DNA of 44,630 bases from Enoplolaimus lenunculus (taxonomy: Eukaryota): positions 372,001-416,630 of the forward strand of contig JASANG010000641.1 of assembly GCA_030248215.1 (NCBI GenBank). Direction: 5' to 3'. The position numbers and the translations under genes are program-made. Below, piece after piece: positions 37,404-44,630 of the stretch. Numbering within the stretch: position 1 is the first letter of the stretch; every line of letters starts with the position of its first letter. The notes beneath the pieces are model-generated. The model searched no databases. It worked only from the letters and a program-made list of their open reading frames with translations, and was not told the origin of the DNA.

Positions 37404-38261
37404 CTTTGTCTTATGCAGACCAATCGTTGTTTAACGAGTTTATGAACAACAATTGGCCTTTGGGACTTTTATCAACTGCGGCAGATTGGCATTTTTTACG
37501 CTTCGCTTAGGCTTAGGGATTGACATATACTTAAATACAACCTCATTCTTTCGCTTAGGCTTAGGGCTAGGCGTAGGCTTAGGAACCCGCTTATGCTGCA
37601 GTTACGGCCCTTTTGTTTACATTGACCGAAACAGCTTAGGCTATTTATCTGCTCCGTTTATTTACAAATTTAAAAAAACAATACGAAACAACAAAATTTA
37701 ATGAAATTTTTATTACAGACAGCATTCTGCAAGCAGCAAAAACAATCGTTACAAATGACAAACAAGCAAATTATATCGCAAGAAACCGATAGAAATAATA
37801 GCGTTGAAGCTAAGCTTGACCTTTAAGTTAAACCTTAGTCTATTTTATAAATATTCTTAACGTGTGAGGGAAACGCTTCGAGTGGGGAATAGTAAACAGA
37901 GTACCCAGCTAACAATTCACTCACTATACACATACGCATATAAAGACACAGGACTATTTGAACAGATGTTAGAAACCCTAATCAAAATCAGACTCGCTTC
38001 CAAAAGTATTATAAAACTTCGAGGGTTTATCTATTTAAATTATGGCCAATGTAAAAAGCAGGTGCGGAGAACGTTTTTCTGCGGAACTGCAATCGAGTAA
38101 GCTTAAGCTTTAGACTATTTTTTTGCTTAAGTGAAAGCTTAGGCTTTTGTGTATGCTCGTTCATACGCTTAGTCTTAGAAATCATATGCTACTGTTAAGG
38201 CATGTAAGCATGTGATACATGCTTGTCACACATATACTCGACGAATACAGTAGTTGGACAG

Positions 38262-38410
38262 GCGGGCTGCGTGGTGCAGTAGTGAGCACTTGCCTTGGAT
38301 TCTTAAGACCCCAAGATCATTTCCCGTTCTGTAGGTCGATTACATGATGTTTGGTAAAAAGCGTCTGAAGTCACGGTTCCTATTCCCATACGGACACGGC
38401 CCGTTGTATA
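38262..38410 (+). mobile_element. Possible tRNA-derived SINE head (mirror ~32860-33008 on -)
   Basis: A-box-like gtggtgcagtagtgagcac and a degenerate B-box-like caagatcatttccc at tRNA-like spacing; no second independent copy in the window. Confidence 0.35.
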
Positions 38411-39119
38411 CAATGTCCCAAACTATTTGCAATGCAAGCTAAACAAAAGCAAACCAAGCACAAAAACACAATGATAAATCCCTGATGTCTTCGAAGAGAA
38501 ATAGTATCTATTAAGCTGAAGTAGAACGTCCATAATGTATTAATTTTAAGAAATTTTCTGCAGTGTTTTTAGAATTGTTTGAAAACCTTCTAAGGCAAGT
38601 GTTATAAAAACGGCGTTTTATAATTGGTTAATTCTAACAATAGCGGATGATGCATACTTCAACAAGAGTATGGAACTGGATACATTCTGCGCAGAAAAAA
38701 TGTACCACCCGACACGCGTTGCGTTTTTTGTGTTTTCCGCCTTTATTTAGAGGGGGATACAACCGGTGCGAACCATACCATGAGACTTTATGTATGCGGC
38801 GTCAAACGTGTTCCCTTATAGTTTATTTAGTGGTATTCATGTTGCAGTAAGCTCCCTCTAAACAAAGGGGATTGGCCGAAAAAACGCAACGCCTGTAAGT
38901 ACATATTGTACCATGCGGGACCCCAAAACTTGCACATTTTTGTCATAATCCACTCTTGATTCTAGTAATTCCGACACAGGCGTAATTTTTTGGGGGGGAA
39001 CATCTACCCATCAACCCCTTACAATTTGCAATTGCTACCGCTTAAGTTATGAATGCAAACAAAAACAAAACAACATAATATACACAAAATACACAAAACT
39101 AACGGTGGATTTTCCAATA

Positions 39120-42100
39120 TCAAATCTGTACTCCAGATCCTCCTTGTGTGCTTCCCCTGAAATATTTAATAAAATAAATAAAATACAGTGTTTAGAAATC
39201 AGATTTAAAACTTTGGCCTATGTAAAGATCAGGGGCGGAACGTTTTTTGTGTTGGTCTAGAAAAGAGTAAGTTTAAGCATTAGACTAATTTTTTTGTTTA
39301 CTTTGCTTAGGCTTAGTAATATGCTCATTCTTACGCTTAGGCTTAGGAATATGCTCATTCTTACCCTTAAGCTTATGCTAAGGAATATGCTCATTCTTAC
39401 GCTGATGCGTAGACTTAGCAATATGCTTATAATACTGTTCCGCTCCTTTTATTTACATTGGCCAGAACTTTTACCAATTATGGTAAGATTAATAGTTATT
39501 TACAAACCTCTGCCATGCGTCGACGCAACTCAACTGAAAATTTCTGTTACCCTACCTTTGTGGTACAAATTTAGGTGCGTAATACAGATCAAGAAGCCAA
39601 AATCGCTACTAGTATTGACGGTCAAACAATAATTGCTAGAAAATCGGCAAAACGCAAAACATTTGGCTCTACTTTTAGCGTTGAAAATCCAAAACAGTTT
39701 TTGTGTATGTTTAGCAGCACTACCGAAGCCAAACTTTCCATACGACAGGGTATAAGGTCAAGTATATAAAAAAGTTTTCTGATCGTTAGGATCCAACAGG
39801 TTATTTTAAAGTTAAGCGCTTTTTGTTGTCTCCAGGGAATTTCTCGAGGGGGCTATCGATATATCTCCTGCATTCCCCCCACTTGTACACGCCCCTAATT
39901 ACCAGCGTATATCTTTAAACCTTAGGGTTTCGCTATACTTTTGCTGACGTATGCTGCCGTCCGTCACTGCGCGGCGCCGTTCGTAACCGTGCGGTATGGT
40001 ACGCAAATAACTCACATACGATAATGTATGGTGACGCATAGTTACGGAGGGCGCCGTACGGGTGACACACGGTGACAGACCGCTCCTGACGTCAAGTATA
40101 GCGCAACCCTTAATCTAACAATGGCTAAAGTGTGTCTTTGTTTTAACCATGTTACTAATATGCGTATGACACGTACCCAATTCGACGAAACGTTCCTACA
40201 CGCTGCTTGCAGCTTGGACAGAAATGTTGAATGTCGAGACACGACTTGACGACAAAAGGCACCCAGCAACAGCACCACGGAAGGACGAATATAAAAAATC
40301 TAAAACACAATGTTAAAAAACACAAACAAATAAATAAAAAAGATAAATTTTTCACACAAATCGTCTTCACTAAGCATTAATTCACCGCTGGTCATTCGGT
40401 CGTTTGCTCGTTTATAGCTGAGAAGTAGCACTGTAAACAACAAAGAATACCCACATCGATGCATTAGGTCTAAATATTTACGCAAATTCTAAGTTTAATC
40501 GACCTAACCGTCGGGCCCGTAGCCAGACGAAGCCAGGGGAGGGGCTCAGTCGTTCTGGAAGAATTTTTGTTAACCCTAGAAAATGCCCCACTTGAAAATG
40601 TTTAGCTGTGTCCCACAGCAAAGTGAGCTGGCTACGGGCATGCCTACCGTACCAATTAGACCAAGTACCTGTTTATAAAATTATAGAACATTTCACACGA
40701 TCTACTCAGAAACCTGTTGGAAGCCAGTCAAATTTTCAGATTCTGCTATAAACCAAATATGTCTCTATAGCGGGTTCGTAGTCAACAGGGACTCTAAACG
40801 GTACCCCCAATGCGAAAATAATTAGCCATTTTTCTGGAAATATTTTAGCTTCGTTTGCAAAATATGCTTAATACCGGTAGGTATACGCGTAAGAACCATT
40901 GCATGTTTCTGGTTAGTTCCAATCAAGCATGTACACTGTAAATCCGACTGAGCTGATTTTAACTCAGACTGAGTTGAATCACTCAGTCTGAGAGCTTTCA
41001 GAACTGAACTTACCGCGACTGAGGCCACAACAGAAAACAAAGACCGCCCCTGCCTCCAACAAGCTGGGCTCTATTGACCTGTCCTACGATATCAAAATGC
41101 CAGCTGCCTGCACTGCCTCTAACCAAATGGCCCTACCTCATAAAACCGAAACCAAACCCTGGCAATGACCCCCTTATCTCACATGCGTCATTGTAAGCGA
41201 TTGGTACTCTAACCCCCTCCCTCCTGATTAAGGCTTCTATAACCTCCATGATTTACAATGACGATTTTTACCCAGCTGCGAACAGCGTAGAAAATATAAT
41301 CCAACACAACAGTCCAGGCTTTGTTTTTGTTTGAGTGACGATGTTTTCGTTAATTTCGGACAACTGATTGACTGTGGCGATTCGCCAAATTGTAACTTTG
41401 CTGGAGGCATAATCACAGGTGTAACTTCTTCAGGATCAGTACCATGCTGCGGTGCAGGCGTTGTGTCTGTAACTAAATTTAAAATTTCCGGTTGGTTTGC
41501 TAGTAATGACCGATTACTAGGGCCTCTACCCAGAGGGGGCCACTGACAGCTTAGCCCGTTCAAAAAATTATTACTGTCTAGAAAAACGTTTTAACCCTGT
41601 GTGTAAGCTTGTTACTTCATGTGCACGCCACTCCAAAAGTGGTTTTGCCCCAACGTAGCAGGTTGAACTACCTACATGACTGCCGATTGTGTGACAACTT
41701 TTAAGCTGTTATTGACAGAGTATACCCGCTAGTGTCGGACGGTGTACACTTAAAAAATTTCGGCTGCGGCAATATAAAACATTTTTCATTACGATCTTAC
41801 GCATTAGTACTAAAATTGCGTTTGATTTCTCGGTCGCTACGCTCGCGAGGGATCTATTATAAACTGCGAGCTTTACGACAGCAAATTGTGGACCCGGTGC
41901 TAACTGCGAGAGTATTTATTCAATAGGATGCTTTATAGTAATCTTCTCGTTCATACCTGATTCCGGCTGAGGTTTTAAATCGGAAGTTTCGTCGATCGAC
42001 GGATATTTAACTGAAATAAAATAACATTTTTCAACTGCCGATAAGAGTTTTATTACTTGTTTAATTCACACAAATATATCAAGAGTCAAACAGCAACGGC

Positions 42101-42938
42101 CTTTACGCTAAAACTCGAAAAGTAACTGAATCGTAAGACAGTCTCAGCCACAACAGATACAGGAAGCTTAAGTTCATTGTGAGACTTTTACTGGACACCA
42201 GGGTGCAACCGGAATGTTGGTTCCGGTAGGAAAATGCGGTATTTTAACTATCCGGTTCCGGTAGGAAATCCGGTATTTTTTCACCCGGAATTTTTCGGTA
42301 TTTTCGGTATTGAAAATTTTTTCTCATTAAAATTTAAGAAAAAGTGGCACATTATTCTAAACTATTTATTTAAAATTGTTCGAGCGTGTATTGCCAAAAT
42401 GTTCAATCTGTGCCAAACGTAATAATTATTCATATATTTCCACCTACTGCATTTGTTTCAGAATTTTGGCATTCTAAATGGTGTGTTTACAGCATTAAAA
42501 GCGCTAAAATAGCGCTTAAAAATGAATGTTTCGGTAACAAACATTTTTATCCAGTATTTTATAATTCCGGTTGCACCCTGCTGGAAACGTATGTAGTTAA
42601 AAAATGCCCCAAATCTGCCAACGAAACCAAAACGCAAGAATTGAGTAAAAAAAAACCTAAACTCATTTTATAAGTTTTAGTTGTTCTTTGAATAGTGTGA
42701 AATTTAAACTTAGGCTTAGGCTTAGCCTTGATCAACACTAATGCAAACAGTAATTTTTACAACGGCGCTTTTACAGTTTAGCAAATTGAACCATTTCACG
42801 GTGGGGAAAGTAAAACGAAGGACAGCTAACAAGTACCGTAAATGAAAAAGTTGCATAATAAACACAGTTTGATAAGCTGAATTGATATATAACACGTAAC
42901 ATACCTTTAGTATCTTGTGGTGCTTCTGGATCCGCCAT
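39120..42938 (-). pseudogene. LITAF: Inverted duplicate of the LITAF-like gene, frameshifted in exon 3 as assembled (pseudogene or sequencing error)
   Basis: Mirror exons 42905-42938, 41957-42010, 41272-41472, 40177-40299 and 39120-39156. Exon 3 is 201 nt versus 202 nt: AAA TGC AAC became AAA TTA AC at ~41352, removing the second Cys of CPKC and shifting frame (the ORF track shows SISCPKLTKTSS...). Confidence 0.8.
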
Positions 42939-44630
42939 TTTCGGTAAATATTACAATTAATAAAAAAATTTAAATACGTAATTGAATGTAAATAGTACAC
43001 AATTCCTTAAACAAAATAGTCAGAAACGGTTTACTGTTAATATTAATATCAACAAGAGTAAATGATCACTGTTTTACAAAAGTGTGCAACTACCGAATTT
43101 TATATGGTACCAAATGTGCCACCGGGCGTTGTATTTTCGGTCGACCCAACCCCTTTATTTAGAAGGGTCGCTATCACATGCAATACGTACCCCTAAAATA
43201 AAACAATAAGTGGAACATTTCTGATGCTGCATACATACAGTATCACGGTTCGCACCTGTTGTACTCAGAGTGCAACCGGACACCCGGATCCCGTTTAATA
43301 TATTGGTAAAAATCAACATCCGTATCCGCTTCCGTACCCGGTATAAACCTGCCGGCATTCGAAATCACGGTGCTGGTCGTGAATTCATAAGACTGGTTTT
43401 TAAATGTGACGTCTATGATATCTTGATACAATTGTATTTGTCCGTAAGTCAAGAAGTTAAAGTTTTGATACGCTGAAATGAAATTAAACAGTTCAAGGTA
43501 ACAATTAATTGTAATTCAGTAAACATATATTTTGCGCGACTCAAATACTTTAACAGTGTTACAAATTTATATGACATATCCGGTTAATATCCGGTTCCGG
43601 TATCGTGAAAACTAATATCCGGTCGCAGCCTGGTGTATCTCCATAAATAAAGGGGTACGCAAAAAATGCAAGACGTGCCAGGTACATTCTTTCCTACACA
43701 GCATATACCCACCGGTTGTCTATTCTGGAGTATGCATCATCCACTCTTGATATTATGGAACAGTATAAAGTGGTTGTAATATTTAACAACAGCAAATTCT
43801 TAAAACTAAATTTAGCAAACCAGGAGAGATAACCAAACTGAGCAATGCCATCGTCTGATTAATCAAATATAAAACAGAAACTCAAACCTTAAGTTCAATG
43901 TTCCTCTACAGTTGAAATACAAATTATTATTATTATTATTATTATTATTATGGTTCAAACAGATGGTTTAACATTACTATTGGTTCATCTTTTAAAAATA
44001 TTTTTTTAAAACTCCAAAAATATAAAATTTCAAAAATTTTGAGTTTAAATGAAAAAACTGGGTAACGAAATGTAAAGCAATTTATCCCAAGTTTGAAATC
44101 ACAAATCAAAAAGCAACGAACAGGTGCATATAGCCAACTAGGGTTCAATTTAGAATAGACCCTAACTTTATAAGACCTTCAGGGTTCAGCTGGATATTGC
44201 AAAGCCCCTTAAAGCGGGATTGGTGGTTTCTCTAGGGATTTTGGGCACAAAAATATTTCCCCATACCACTCCATGTATACGCTGCTGAGCACGAAGTTCC
44301 TCGAAATTCCATTGAGCTTTTCAAATTCATGCAAAACAACCAATATGTAAAACTATGGAAATGAGTTCTATTTATGATTTTTGGAGTAAAATATCAAATA
44401 TATTGATATATGTACGTATATATATAAATAAATAAATATATACATATATGAATACATATATCTTATCCATATATATTCCTACTCTATATTCTATTTAAAC
44501 ACCCAGGTTTACAGCCATAGAGACGACACGAGATCTCAGCCTTTTAATAAAACTTGCCCCCACCTCGAAAGGTCTTAACACCGGTTGTAAGTCTAGTGAA
44601 ATTCATGTATGTATATCCTTAAATTTATTT

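Larger units (their letters stand above)
26617..44630. repeat. Giant inverted repeat (palindrome); arms ~26617-34950 and ~35460-44630, spacer ~0.5 kb; may extend beyond the window
   Basis: The window end is the reverse complement of 26617 onward. Identical ORF pairs lie on opposite strands (28247/42722, 29321/41732, 30888/40155, 32419/38647). Mirror coordinates sum to about 71,247-71,270. Confidence 0.98.

Noticed and set aside
39294..39632. ORF with MLILTLRLR repeats (also 31710-31940, 13901-14182, 21723-21959)
   Set aside because: Translation of the TTAGGC core of family A MITEs
41237..41563. Stand-alone 108-aa protein
   Set aside because: It is intron sequence plus the frameshifted exon 3 of the inverted LITAF copy

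Overview
AT-rich eukaryotic genomic DNA, probably an invertebrate (inferred from spliceosomal introns and dense short DNA transposons); no operons, CRISPR arrays or rRNA/tRNA genes are evident. Positions 1-26,600 are a mosaic of short non-autonomous transposons: a GGCC-TIR, 8-bp-TSD family with telomere-like TTAGGC repeats, plus hAT-like, CACTG/EnSpm-like, Harbinger-like and P-like MITEs and Helitrons. A few orphan exon-like segments also lie there. Positions 26,617-44,630 form one giant inverted repeat that runs to the window end. Each arm carries a 5-exon LITAF-domain gene: an intact + copy (28,309-32,143) and a - copy (39,120-42,938) with a 1-nt frameshift. The axis is a ~3.4-kb foldback-type element (33,889-37,281) bounded by the same GGCCAATGT TIR as the MITEs, with long arms built from an 81-bp satellite around a ~0.5-kb spacer. 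Deletion-rich garbled patches in both arms suggest poorly corrected long-read sequence, so whether the palindrome is biological or an assembly artefact cannot be settled here. Most ORFs in the supplied track are spurious.
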